From: Phyllosticta citribraziliensis
Taxonomy: Eukaryota
Assembly (NCBI RefSeq): GCF_038025025.1
Contig: NW_027117339.1
Span: 2,108,001 to 2,172,000, forward strand
Length of the DNA stretch: 64,000 bases
Direction: 5' to 3'
Made by a program: the position numbers and the translations under genes. Under the pieces are notes generated by a model. The model searched no databases. It was not told the DNA's origin and saw only the letters and a list, made by a program, of their open reading frames with translations. Below, piece by piece: positions 49,107-62,439 of the stretch (its first letter is position 1; the number at the start of each line of letters is the position of its first letter).

Positions 49107-49450
49107 GGCGATGACCGGGAGAAGAGGGTCGGGCGAATGGTTGCAAGCTCTTAGGAATGCGCTGCGGGATGACGAGCGAACAAATCTGCCGCTAGGCTGG
49201 AAGAGGCAAGGCCGCGGCGAGCGATAAGATGGGCGGCCGGCGGGAGTCCGAGTCGGAGTCGGAGTCGGAGCTGGTGCGCAGCGGTGGGGATCTCGTGCCT
49301 GGCGGGGGAGAAATTTACTGTCGGCAGTTGGTCAAACTCCCATCCGCTCGCTCCCAGAAACTTTCCACCATGTGAACAAACAACGCGTCCACGGCTGTCC
49401 AGCCTCTTGCAATATCCATCCTCACCGTCCCGACGAGAAACCAACACGAC

Positions 49451-50594
49451 ATGGCTGACGCCCCAACCTGCAAAGTCATCTTGGCCGCCGGCATCGCCAA
49501 AAAGCTTCTCGCCGAGGTCCAAGAAGGCCTCGAGACGCTCAACAGGCAGCCTCTGCTCGTCGGCTTCCTCGCCAGCTCTGATCCTGCCTCGCGCGTATAC
49601 GCCGACTTCACTGGAAAGACGGCCCGCGAAAAGTGAGCTTCTCTGCCACCTTTTCTGCCCTACCCGTACCCTTCCTTTTGGCGCCCCCGCTGCACCTGAG
49701 ATTCCGTACCACGCGCCACCAAACCAACCATGCAAACATCTGACCCACTCTGGTGTCCAGCGGCTTCCAGTACGAGCTCCGCGAGGTCAACCGCGAGGAC
49801 CTTGAAGATGCCATTCTTCACGCCAACGCCGACTCCAAGGTCGACGGCATCATGGTCTATTATCCCATTTTCGGCGCGCGCCAGGACCAATACCTGCAGC
49901 AAGTCGTAGACGTGAACAAGGACGTCGAGGGTCTGACGCACAAGTACGTGTCCAACATGTACCGCAACGTGCGCTTCCTCGACGACGCCCAGCAGTGCAA
50001 GAGCATCCTGCCCTGCACGCCCCTCGCCGTTGTCAAGATCCTCGAGCACCTCCAAATCTACAACCCCATTCTGCCCTACGGCAACCGCCTCCACGGCCGC
50101 ACCATTACCGTCATCAACAGGTCCGAGGTTGTTGGAAGACCGCTGGCCGCCTTGCTGGCCAACGACGGCGCTCGCGTCTACTCCAAGGACGTTGACGATG
50201 TGCAGCTGTACCACCGAGGCGAGGGTCTGCGCAAGCGCAAGCACGAGGTCGAGGACAAGCCGGGCTGGGGACTGGAAGAGATTCTGCCCCTCAGCGACGT
50301 CGTCATCAGCGGCGTCCCGGGCGACAAGTTCAAGGTGCCCGTTCACCTCTTGCGCGAGGGTGCCGTCTGCATCAACTTCTCCAGCGAAAAGGTAAGGACA
50401 TCTTTGCTTGATATTGTGGGTGTAGTGACCCCTGACGACTTCAGAACTTTTCGCCCGAGGTCAAGCAAAAGGCGTCAATCTACGTCCCTGCCATCGGCAA
50501 GTGCACCATTGCCGTGCTGCTGCGGAACTTGGTCCGCATGTGCCAGAACAAGGAAATCGAGGCCAAGGCCAAAGAGGCAGCTCCCGCAAACTAA
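49451..50594 (+). CDS. MTD1: NAD-dependent methylenetetrahydrofolate dehydrogenase; introns 49633-49760, 50392-50444
   Basis: VDGIMVYYPIF, KDVEGL, SILPCTPLAVVKILE, INRSEVVGRPLAALLANDGA, YVPAIGKCTIAVLLRNL. Confidence 0.93.
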
Positions 50595-50839
50595 AACGAC
50601 AAAAAGTGAAATGCATTGTACATGGCGATTCGAGAATGAAAAACGGGGCGGGCAAACAAAAATCAGCATCAAGTCTTATTTATCCATTGATTCCACTACC
50701 ATGGAGGACGGCAATGACGATCGGGGAATCCATATAGACACACATGTACCAAAGAACGCCGTGATTTTTTCCTGCCAGTCCTGCGCCCTGCTCCATGCAC
50801 GAGATGAACCACAAACGAAGAATTTGGTACGCCCAGCTA

Positions 50840-51994
50840 TCACAAACGCTCGCGCTTTGGGTGCGTGTCGGGCATCATGTCCTCATCCGCATCCTCGTCG
50901 TCATCGCCCTCCTCTTCCTCGTAGCTGATTTCGTCGTCGCTGGCCCCGTCAATCATGGTCTCGTCTTCATCACGCTCGCCGCGACTCCTCTTGAGACCCT
51001 TCATCTTCCTGGTTTGCATCTGGTCGAGGTCCTGCTTGCCGACGTGTATGCGGCCGATCTTGTCGCCCATCATGTCGGTGTCAATGTTCTTCTTGGTCTT
51101 GGGCTATAGATAAAGTTAGCAGCGGCTCTGAGGCGGAAGGGGATGTAGATTCTCCGGATAAGCATACCTCAAGTTGCCTGGGCCTCTTGAGCGCGTCCTT
51201 CATCATGTGCTCGTCGGCCTCCCTGACCCTGCCAACTCTGAAGTCGATCCTCGGTCCCATCTCTTCCACTTCCACCCTGGGAAGCTTCTGTCCGCTCTTT
51301 TTCGTCCTGATCAGGTACACGCGCATCTTGATTGCCGGCTTCGCCTGGCCCTCGACCTCTTCGCCAGCCACACTGAAGTGGATCATGTACTGCAAGCCCT
51401 CGACATCGACGCTCTGCGCATCGCCGCCCCTGAAGAAGTCTGAAAAGTAGCTCTTTGCTTGGGTGTAGGCGTTTTGGGTGGGGCTGTCAAACAGGGAGCC
51501 GCTGAATGACAGCAAAGGCTTGAGGCCGACGGCGGCCTTTTTGTTCTTGAATTGCTTAAGCTCGCGGAAGCTATCCGGGTCGACGTACAGCTCGAGGATG
51601 TCGAGCACCTTCCAGTTGAAGAAGCGCAGGAACGTCAGGGCGTGCGGTCGCTTCTTGGTGTGGTGCGCAAACACCATGAGCGAGGCGTCGTTCTTCTCGG
51701 AAAAGAACTCGAGCGACGAGGGATCTTCGAACGGATGGATGTCGTTCTTCTTGTTGAACTTGATGGTCAGCGGGTCCTTGAGCGACTTGAGATCCGTCAG
51801 GGCCAGCTGTGCAATCTGGCTGCATGATGTGCCGCGCAGGAAGAGGGTCGTTTTGGGGTTTTCGTGGACTTGTGGGGCGCGCTTTTCGAGGGCGCGCTTC
51901 GTCTTGACCGACTTGGGTTTGCTGCATTGAATGTGAGCGGGAGCAGAAGAAGGATATGAGCATGGGCTCACATTTCGCGCAGAGGTAACGCCAT
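50840..51994 (-). CDS. RPF2: Brix-domain ribosome biogenesis protein Rpf2; two introns (about 51971-51923 and 51167-51104)
   Basis: KKNDIHPFED, KKRPHAL, PRVEVEEMGPRIDF and GRIHVGKQDLDQMQTRKMKGLKR motifs. Confidence 0.93.
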
Positions 51995-52703
51995 TTTGGT
52001 TATCTGTGGAGCGGGTTTGCTGGTGTTGCGACTCTGTCGTCCTGCGCGCGGGAACTTTTTGCCCATATCTGAGTGGGCCCGAGCTTTCGGCAGAATCGTA
52101 GGGCGGTGACTGTACTGGGAATCTCCTCTCCTCCACTATACATGTAGGCTGCTTTGGCAATGTATAGGTATTCTTGATTTACTGCTCAGAGTCTTTCTCT
52201 TCGGAGCGAGGTCACTACAATGCTCGAATCTACATGCTGTAATAAACACCCAGTCCAAGGCCCCAATTTCATCTTGTTCACTCGATCGCCCAACTGCATA
52301 ACAACTGATCTGAAGCCATCCCCGTGCTGTCAATTTGTGTAGAAATATCAAGCACAGCGTGATTGATGAGCCAACCCAACCTATCTCATGGTACTGGACG
52401 TCGGATTTCTGATTTGCACAACACGGCACCCAGTGATCAATTGCATACTGCGTTATGTCAGCAGATGACGTGACTAGGGCCGTGCTCCCCAGCTTCTGAG
52501 AGGGATTTTGGTTGCCGCCGAGAGGTGGAGGGGCATTTGTTCCATCTGATATCGCAACCACCCCAAACATCCCGTCCTTCTCAACGGTTCTCTCCCGCGA
52601 TTAACGAAACCTGCGCTCGACATCGTTCCCGACCTCTCCATCGCTCTATCCCACACCAACAATATCCTCCGCCATTACACCTGGTCCACATTCAACAGAC
52701 CAC

Positions 52704-53601
52704 ATGGCGACAGTAACGGAAATCGCGACCGACGCCGACTTCGCGCAGTTCAAGTCTGCCTTTCCTCAGAATGCGCTTCTGGTCACCTACTTTCACGCAC
52801 CATGGGCTGCCCCCTGCAAGCAGATGACCATGGTGCTCGAGGCCCTCGCGAGCACCTACCCCGCCGACAACTCGATTGGTTTCGTATCCATAAATGCTGA
52901 AGAGCTGCCCGAGGTGTCTGAAGTTTACGATGTGACGGCCGTCCCATACATTGTCTTGGAGAAGGACGGACAAGTGGTTGAGACCGTGTCGGGCAGCGAC
53001 GCATCAAAGGTTCGCGCCGCAGTCGAGAAGTATGCTGGCAAAGGTGGCAACCCGGGGAAACTTGGTCTGCCGCCTCCGCAAACCGTCACCAAGCAAGCAC
53101 AAGAGCCTCCGACTGCTTCAGCGAATGGGAACCTTGCCGGCTACGCTCCCAGCGCTCAGGACCCCTCAACCGCGCCCGAAAGCACATCTGGACAAACCAG
53201 CAAGGAGGAGCTATTTGAGCGATTGGGAGGCTTGGTCAAGGCTGCGCCAGTCATGCTGTTCATGAAAGGCACTCCCAGCTCACCACAGTGCGGTTTCAGC
53301 AGGCAGCTGGTGGGTATCTTGCGCGAAAAGGGCGTCCGCTACGGCTTCTTCAACATCCTGGCAGACGACGACGTCAGGCAGGGTCTGAAGGAGTACGCTG
53401 AGTGGCCCACATTCCCGCAGCTGTGGGTGGGCGGCGAGCTTGTCGGTGGTCTTGACATTGTAAGTGGCCTGTGCTTGGCTTGCGCTCATTCCTACCACGA
53501 GGACCACGTGCTGACGAGACGTACGACAGGTACGCGAGGAATTCGAAAACGACCCCGAATTCTTGAACGAGTACACAGTTGGAGGGCGCAATGCCGCCTA
53601 A
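52704..53601 (+). CDS. GRX4: Monothiol Trx-Grx glutaredoxin (Grx3/4); intron 53460-53529
   Basis: Trx domain WAAPC; Grx domain MLFMKGTP..PQCGFS and WPTFPQLW..GELVGGLDI. Confidence 0.93.
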
Positions 53602-55983
53602 TCCTTGTCCCGTGTCCATGGCCGGCGGCCCATGGAATGGTGAACAAGCGCACAAAATCATGAGATTTCCTTTTGAACGGCACTAGAGCGCTGTAGCGAC
53701 AGATACCACATCTTATAAACGACAATATACGATCATGGTTCGCCAAGCCTCGGTCCGTCAGGTGCCTGGCGCAGGTGGTAAAAGCCAGGAAACTTTTCAT
53801 GGGTGGAGAAACCAGAATATGTGGCGGGCCAAGACCCAAAGAGACCTTGACACCCAATCTTGAAACAGGCATTGGTCTTACCAACCGAATGTATTTGAAT
53901 GTATGTCTTGCAAGTGCCGCTGTCAGATCCTTTGCCCTCCTGCGGTCAAGACGGGTATCTGACGGACAAGACCACCTCGCAGCCATGTTGCAATGAACAA
54001 GCCGAGTTCCAATGATCCATAGGCTACGTTTTCCGTGCTCAGATCCATTGGAAGAGTCGCCAAGTTTGCCTGCGAAGAACGAAAGACTGACGTTCGGCCG
54101 ACCGAGTCCCTGATAGGCCCTCAGCGCCGTTGCACAGCGTCTACTGCAACGCCTAGATGCTGACTATTCTTGGCCGGCTGATGCGATCCGTAGCGTCCGG
54201 AAATTGTTATGGTCACTCAAGGACCTTTGTGTGCGCTTCTTAACCTGGCCCCATCAGCGAACATTCGCCGGTTGTGTATCCATTCTGCACTGCATCCTAG
54301 GCCGCGTGGAACGTCGGGTTGCAGGAACTGACAGCGCAAGCCACGCTCAGGGACAGCAGCACATCATGCGACAGCGAGGCCACGAGCACCAAGGCTGTGG
54401 AGATTGGACGCGACAGCGCCCGGGCTCAACGGCAGGAAGGCGAGAGAGCCATGGCGGCATACGCGTCCCTAGAGCCTGGATAAGCGCCATGCCGAGGGGC
54501 GGAAGGAAGAGAAAACAGTGGAAAACATTGTTTGCTGCCGACGGGACAGGCGCATAAACAAGACTGACATCATGTTTACAAACAGGGCGAGGCAGAGGCA
54601 ACGGTTGTTCTAGTGTCTGGGTTCAGGTCGAGGGTGAGGCGTGGAGGTATAAACATCGCCCTGGAACTGCGGTGCCCTGGGACCAACAACGCCACGTGAT
54701 GCAAGCCGGGGAATGGATCTCCTTTACTCTGGCGCTTTGGGAGGCGCCTGGCTGGACACGGTTCTAGAGCGGCGCATCGCATATTTTTTCCGCGTCGTAA
54801 GCAAAGACCGGCTAGGAGACCGTCCGGGGTCGGCTAGAGGGCCCGAGTGAAGGGCGAAGGCTCGCACCTGGTACCTGAAACTCGCCATCACGGCGAGGCA
54901 TCACCCTCTTGTCCATTGGCCCCCTTGACCGTTGCACAGCCCAAATCAACCACCGCTCCACCCTGTATGGCAGCAATCTCTGCGGGCGCATCCGCTGGCC
55001 ATCTCGGCAACCAATCATTCATGCGTCTAGCGGCAAGGCTGCGCGGCATGGTTTGTGGCTCTTCTTCCAGCGCCTTTGTTGACATCTCCATGGCAGCTTT
55101 TGACAGCCCTTCTACGTCTACGGAGATCTGCGCCAGGGTATGTACTGGCCGAGCGTTTCAATAAGCCGGTCGAACCTGGACGCTTCTGGTCTCTTGCCGT
55201 TGCGAATGCACAACATGATCCAGTCGGACGTGCTGTGGGTTTCGACCTTGGAGCCCCTGCACTCAACTCGGCGTCATGGCGCACGTCTCTGCTCTCCGTG
55301 CATGTAAAATGCGCCTAGTCTCCCCAAAGCTTTCTCTTCTCTGACTTGCCGGCCCTGGATTTCCTACTTTTTGCGCCTCTGCAACTCTGATCGTCTTTCT
55401 CTTCTTTTAGTACATTAGTACATACCCTAATATCTTCTTCTCTTTTCTCTATATCGACCTTCCTCCGTGCCGGCACGTATCACTGTCATTTCAATCCTCC
55501 AGGCCTTCCTTTCTCCTTGGAACAAGCGGAAGCCTCCGTCCTTCCGGCCCCTTGACGTGCAATGTGAGTGCTGTCTTTTGAGTCTAGCCCTTAGTCATCC
55601 CGAAGCAAACAGCTTCCCCCTCCTCCTTCGGACATTCGGCCGTGGAAGCGGCAGTTGGATCATCTAATCCTCGTACCTGTTCCTCCTCGAATCGTCTGTC
55701 TCAGGCCACTGCCTGGCCCGGAGTCAAACACGTTAGCCGCTGTGGTACATGAAAATGCCTTCAGCCTTCAAGTATCAGCAGACTTCTTCCGCTACTTCGA
55801 GAGGCTCCGTGTTTGTGCAGCCACGGCCGGCCATCTCTGCCGGCGTCCCACCACTCGATTTGCTAAGATACTAAGTTTCTTTCTATAGAGCACTTGTTCA
55901 TCTTCTGTCCTTACATCCCACCTTGATCAAGATCACTTGGTATCCAATCTCTCAAGACCGGGAATCCCATCCCATCTTTCAGG

Positions 55984-57564
55984 ATGAAGACCTCCGCCGC
56001 CTCCATCGCTCTCTTCTCTCTCTCCTTTGGAACCGCCGTTGCAACTCCACTCTTTGGACTCCCTGACCCGCCCTTTTTCACCAACAGACCAGGATTCCCC
56101 AAATTCAGTTCAAAAAATGTCAGCCCGCAAGCATCTACACCTCAAGCGGTTGGAACCCCAGTCGCAACGCCAGCTTCCACGCCTGTTGTGACGCCCCTGG
56201 CCAACCTTTCCAATGTTTCTACCCATCAGTCTGGCGGTGAACAGTACATTGTACTCTTCAACGCATCCCATCCCACCACCCCGGAAATCGAAGAGGTATT
56301 ACAACGGTTAGAACTCAACTCAAGTCATTCTGATGTCCATCACATCTACAACAATTCGGCCTTCCGTGGATTCAGCGCTTCCATGAAGTCCCACTGCATC
56401 GATGCTTTGAACGGCATGGTGGACGTCTCCCACGTCGAGAGGAGTGTTTCCATTAAGTCCCTGGCTGTCACGCAGAGGTCCGGTGCCCCGTGGGGTCTCG
56501 AGCGTATTTCGAGCGGTTCCACCATCTCCGGCGACGAAAAGGCAACTAATTTCACGTACACGTACGAGTACACCGCTTTGGGCTCGGGCGTCGACATCTA
56601 CGTCGTTGACACGGGCGTCAACGTTGACCACATCGTCTTTGACTCACGCGCCAGAAATGGATGGACTGCTTTCCCCAGTGGTGGACCCGTGAATGGTGGT
56701 TGGACAAACGCTTCTGGAGACTACACGGACGGCGCCGGCCACGGAACCCACGTCTCCGGAACCTCTGCTGGAGAAGTCTTTGGCGTTGCTTCTGGAGCCA
56801 ACATCATTGCCGTCCGTGTCCTTGATGCCAACGGAGGTGGCTCGTCCAACAACACCATTGCCGGCATCGATTGGGTCGTCCAGCAGCACGAGAAGCGCAA
56901 GACCGAACCCGATTTCGTGGGCAGCATTCTTAGCATGTCTTTCGGCACGGACGAGGTCGTAACTACGCTTTCTGAAGCCATCCGAGCGGCCACTGCAGCT
57001 GGCATCCACGCATCTGTTGTAAGTGCACTACTTTTACTTTGGGGATGCTAGGAAGTACTAAACGAATTGAAGGCATCAGGGAACAAAGGCGCTGACGCTT
57101 GTAACTTCTCTCCCTCCAACGTCGGTGGTTCTGCTGGCGATGCTGTTGTCGTCGGCTCAATCGGGATGAGCGACTCCATCTCCTCATTCAGCAACACGGG
57201 CAAATGCGTCGACATCTACGCTCCCGGCGAAAACATCCTCTCCTCCTACATTGGCAGCGAAAACACGATCCAGTATCTCAGCGGCACCAGCATGGCGTGT
57301 CCCCACGTGACGGGTGTCATGGCGTACCTGATGGCGCACAACGCGACGCTTGGACAGAGCCCGCAGGCCATGAAGGAGCTGCTTAAGACGACAGCGCTCT
57401 CGGACCTCGTGAGCGGCACCGCTTCCACTGCCGCCGGCAGCACCGTTTTGCTCAACAACGGCGTCACCAATGCGCTTCAAAAGAGGGGCAACTCCGCCAG
57501 TCAGGCCAAGGACGCCGGCCTGAACTTTTCCCTGAGCGAGGAGGAGACCAAGACTTGGTGGTAG
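55984..57564 (+). CDS. Secreted subtilisin-like S8 (proteinase K type) protease with an I9 prodomain; intron 57019-57072
   Basis: Signal peptide, YIVLF and FRGFSA prodomain, APWGLERIS, triad VVDTG, HGTHVSGT, SGTSMACPHV, oxyanion ASGN after splicing. Confidence 0.93.
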
Positions 57565-60500
57565 ACAGGAGGGAACGGGCTGATCGGAGTTTTTTTTTTC
57601 AAATTTTCATTGGCGCCGTCCGGGTTCTGCCTATTGCGCTTGTATCTGTGTATTCAATCTGTGCAGTAGCTATTAGAGATCCGACCATGTTCGTCTTGCA
57701 AGCGGAATCAAAGTCTGGAATGTAGAGCAAAAAAGCTTCATCACACTCAGACTTGTCTCAGTCGATGCTCCCGATGTCTTGACAAATCCGCCTGAGAAGA
57801 TCCAAAACACGTCCAATCTCGACGCGAGCAAAAAGCTGGACAGACGCAGCTCCCGGCGCGCATCAAACAGCGCGCGAGAAGACGTCGGGATGTTGCAAGG
57901 AAGACAGGCCTAAATTTTAAGCATACACGTTAGGCTTCCCTTGGGGGACCTTGTGCTTGTCCGAGATGATCATCCCAGTAGTGCAGCGCAGCGGAGCCAG
58001 CCACTGCGCTGGATCCTAACCGTCATCCTACCCAAGCCATCGTTGTCAGACTGTGCTTTTGCTTTCGAACTGCGCGAGAAACATGTTGGAGATGGTTTGA
58101 CGGCGGGAGGCTGGGCGGGGTCCCGAAGCATTCGAGCGATAGGGAAGGTTCTGGGCAAACGGCCCTCTGACGACTAGTTGGTGGTAGTGCGAGGTTGGTC
58201 TGGATTTTTTCTTCTCTGCCCGGGATCAGACAGGGTGTTTGCCGAATCTGAACCCCATCCCTACACAATGACTCGGAGCTGTTTGGTGTTGTAGTCAAGC
58301 ACGTTCGCTTATCCGCACAGACAGAATCAGAGCGCAACTACAAGCGACATGGAACATGCTCTACGACACGACCGTCAAGACGTTGATGAGCCATTCGTTC
58401 TCACCAAATCCTTTTGAAGCACGCGACTAGCAAACTCTAGACGATCGACTTGAAGAAAAACAGAACCAGAAAAGAGCAACCAAACAGCAAAACATTTCTC
58501 CCCCAACCTCAAACACTCCGCTTCGCCTCCTGCAACACGGTTCTCCACCCTTCCAACACATACATAAACGCCCACCCCCAGTCTCCACCGTCACCCCCGC
58601 TGTCGTTCTTGGCTCCCCGTTCCCACCTTCCCGCCAAGCTGTCAACCAGCTGTCAAAGGGCTGTCAACACGCTGCCCGGGCGTACATGCGCTGCCGTCGC
58701 ACCCGTTGCCGCCGCTGCTGTACATAGGTAGGTGCACGCAGAGCAGCCGTCGAGACCGTCGCCGCGTGCGCTTGCCCAATCCAGAGCGTCGTTGACAAAT
58801 AATCGCGGCCGCGGCTCTGCTGCATGCTGCCAAGGATGCGACACATGACGACGGGACTTCGACGGTTGTGTCGTGTACGGCCAACACAATCCAGTAGTTG
58901 GACCTTCAACAAGCTCAGCGATTCATCCATGATACCATCAGGAACATGCGCCAATCGAATTTGGACAAATGCTCAGCCTCCGCGCAACAGCCAACTCGAG
59001 AGTATTCCTGGACGAACCGTCGAGAGTATGCGCAACCGTCAATAGCAGCTCTGACCGTCATCATTCTCAAGAATTGTCATCATCGACCAATCTTCCAATC
59101 ACCTCCCAATCGCACTTCACGGATCGAGCGTGGCTAACTCGGGCGCCGTCTCGCTTCCCCGCATCGTTCCTTTGTTTGTCTGTCGAGCGACAAGGCAGGC
59201 GGGCCGTTCGGACGCGCCGAACCACAGGTTCGACTGATTGGTCTCGTCTGATCATGTGTATGGCAGCCACACCACTTTTTTCACTTCCGGACGAAGTTTG
59301 GAGAGGAAGTGATGTGACTGGCTTGCTGGCTGGACTGGCTCTACCGAGCGGTTCCATTGATTGTCCCAAGTAAAAGTATGACAGAGTCGACACATCGGCG
59401 TTTGCGATTGATCCGACGGTCACCGTTTTGGAATCAAATTACTCATGACGCGATCGGCTTTCGGAGGCCAGAAAGAGCCGTAAAATAGTATCTTCAGGCA
59501 TGACGCTACTCCGTGCTGTGTCTGCTCCACGACTGCACACACCTGGAATTTGCCCCAGAGAAGTTTAACTAGCAACAGAATTCGGACGTAAGTTTGCCAA
59601 AGAGGCCAGTAACAGCACAGTCTGGATAGAAGAATCTTGGAGCGAGACCCGCCCGCTCCTGAGGCCAGAAAAAACGAGCGCGCGGCCTCGCCGATGTCAA
59701 CGGTCCAAATCCAAGTCTCCGAACTGTGCTTTGGAAGCAAGGGATGGATAGATGCAATTCCTGGAGACGACCATTCGATGAAAACGAGGGAAATGCAGGA
59801 TGATTGGTTCAGCGGCGGCCAGACAGGCGCCAGCGGTGATGCCGAGCAAGCCAGTGCGAAATATGGTTGCCCTAACACTCCAGGGCCGCAGTAATTGGCA
59901 GGACGACTGATCAGGACCAGGCACTCACTGTCTAGTGCCCAAATGGCTGGCCGTTTGCGGAAGATTTTCCCCATCATTGGGACAGTGACAGGATGAACTT
60001 TTTCCCTTGATTGTGCTCCGACGAGACCGTGGTTCACTGGAAGCGAGCGGGCGAGAAGGACGCAGGGATCCTGATTTACTCGTGACGACGATAGGAGCGC
60101 TCGTGGTCGAGATTAATGCCATTGTATCTGACCCTGACCCAGACAGACCCGAGGTCAACGTTTGTAACCCATATTTGATGACCAGTCTGCTCCAGATCTT
60201 TCGATACACTCACGTAGTGCCAGTACGGCAATCCCGCATCACCGTGTATTCGGTGGACCGCAAGTTTCAATAGAGTGTGGCAGACTCCCGCTCCTCTAGC
60301 TACAGCCCCACCGCCTGGAGACTTGGAAGACACGATAGCTTCGCTCAAAAAGTCCAAGTTACACAGCCATGAAGAGGGCTATGGCTTATGGAAGGTCCGG
60401 TTCGGACTAAAGGGTCCTGGGCGTGGCGGTAGTGGCTGAACGCAGCCCAGAACTTTGGACGGGAGGCTAGTGCGGTCTATCAGACAGTGGCGAAGCAATC

Positions 60501-60613
60501 CGATCGCGCGTGGACTCCGAAAGAATTGGAGTGTGCCTGGTAGAGAAGACAAAGAGCCTCGTGGTTAGGGAAACAGGGGCCTGTGGTTGTTTGCCGTTGA
60601 AAGTACTTAAGGG

Positions 60614-61303
60614 ATGAACGTGGCAGCTGGTCTGCTTCCGAATCAGCATCAACGCCAATCTCTTCTCCAGCCTTGCAAAAGACTCTTGAACAATCGATCT
60701 CAACAGCCTCAACAACCTCCACAACTCAACCTTCATCAAACCTACTTCCTCCACGAAATGTCTACCACCAAGGGCGCCATGGCCACCACCACTGCTCTGC
60801 CCCCTCCCCTGCCCCTGCGGGAGGAAGGCCCCTGGCGCCGCAGGGCCTCTGTTATGAGCATCAGCAGCATAGCATCTCGACGTTCGTCTTTGAGATCAGT
60901 CGCCAGCATCTTTTCCGTCTCGAGCAGCAATCCAGATAGTCCCACTGCCATGCGCGGCCCTGGCTCACCCGAAGTCGCGACCTTCCAAGAGACCGAACAT
61001 CTACCCCAGGGACGCCGGAAGAGTTACGTGCCCAAGCACGCAGCCCAGAGCTTTGTCAACAGCACGACGCTTGTGACGCCGATGTCTTGCAAGAGTTCTC
61101 CCAATTCTCCTCTCAAGTCCTGTTTTCCAATGGCAGTCAAGGACGACAACGGTCTCTGGAACGTCGATTCTCCTCCTGAATCCGAGAACGAGGGTAAGGA
61201 GACGAAGAAAAAGACGTATAGGAAAAGTTGCTCCAGCGTGCACGGTTACGAACGCCTGGCTCCCAACGACGGCGGTTTTGTTGGAGGTTTCGTCACACAG
61301 TGA
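60614..61303 (+). CDS. Hypothetical Ser-rich protein (start may be the ATG at 60758)
   Basis: 229-codon ORF with RRASV, RRSSL and RRKSY basophilic kinase-type motifs; no family recognised. Confidence 0.55.
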   Translation: MNVAAGLLPNQHQRQSLLQPCKRLLNNRSQQPQQPPQLNLHQTYFLHEMSTTKGAMATTTALPPPLPLREEGPWRRRASVMSISSIASRRSSLRSVASIFSVSSSNPDSPTAMRGPGSPEVATFQETEHLPQGRRKSYVPKHAAQSFVNSTTLVTPMSCKSSPNSPLKSCFPMAVKDDNGLWNVDSPPESENEGKETKKKTYRKSCSSVHGYERLAPNDGGFVGGFVTQ

Positions 61304-61975
61304 TCAACCACTGCGATCTTTCGGAGTTCGGGGAAAACTTTTTTGGCATGTCGATTTGGGTCTTTTCGACCGCACTTTCCTTGTGCTGGCAAAATGGAAT
61401 TTGAAATTCAGGACGGCGTCAGGTGTTACATTGGCAGATCGAGTAATCTCTGTGGACGGTCATGGCATTGGATTGTATTTTCATAATCTGAGCAATCTCT
61501 TTCCGGGTCAAACTTTTGGCGTCGAAATCGTGTCGGATTGGACTAGTGACTTGCTGTAGACTCGTTGGTTCAAAACGATCGTGAGATCGATTAAAATGGG
61601 ATGCGAGTCAAAGGAGAGTTTGCCTGCGCGGATAGTGTTGACACGTGCTTAGCACAACTGCTACGATTCACATGGAAAGAGTATACCTCAGCTAGATCCT
61701 GGACAAAACCATCTTGATAGATCCAGAATTAGGCAGTGGAATTGGTAGAAAAAGTCCCCATTCTCGAAAGCAGCCGCTAGACGGATGGGCAGCCGGCTGG
61801 TCAATGAAGTCTATATTGTACAATGTACATCTCGTACATCCGCCAGCCCTCAAAGTCGAGCACGACGGAGTGTTGATCAGTCGCGGCCACCTCCGCTGCG
61901 CCGTTTTGTCGTCCAGATTAACGTTCTAGCGTGCCCACCGTCGCGGCGTTGTAGATACAGCGCGAGCTCTTTCGT

Positions 61976-62439
61976 CTATTTCTCCTCGGCCTTGGCCTTC
62001 AGGAACGCCTCCAGGTCAAACTTGGGGTCCTCGGGGTTCGTGATGACTACGAATCAAGAATCAGCGATCCGATGGTCGAGCAATGCTGACTTCTGTGCCG
62101 CAGATGTGCGACGCCACGGGGCCACTTACGTCCGCTCGACTTGCCCGAGAATGCAGCCTGCCTTCTGCTGTATTCCTCCTTCGCCTTCTTGATCAGCTCC
62201 TCCTTGTGCGCGTATTCCTGGTTGATCTGGTCGAGCTTGTCCTTTGCGGAAATCTTGGACTGGTGGTAGATGCCGTAGAAGACGCCGAGTCCGAGCGCTG
62301 ACCACCGAAGGACCTGGCAAAGCTTATCAGCGGGCTGCAATCATGGCACTGGAGCCGTCGGACGAGTTGGAAAGCGTCGACGGGGCTGCGGGAGCGGTAG
62401 CGGAGCGGGAAAGCGTACGTTGACCCCCGTGGATGCCAT
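61976..62439 (-). CDS. ATP21: Mitochondrial ATP synthase subunit e; introns 62418-62314, 62129-62047
   Basis: MASTGVN|VLRWSALGLGVFYG (GxxxG helix), coiled coil, |LITNPEDPKFDLEAFL. Confidence 0.92.

Noticed and set aside
50392..50928. Long C-terminal extension of MTD1 in the ORF track
   Set aside because: Artefact of reading through intron 50392-50444; the spliced exon restores the conserved C-terminus, and no PTS1 results either way.
54000..55750. Several GCCARG (PacC-like) hexamers upstream of the subtilisin
   Set aside because: Plausible biologically, but degenerate hexamers are common at this GC content and enrichment could not be shown.
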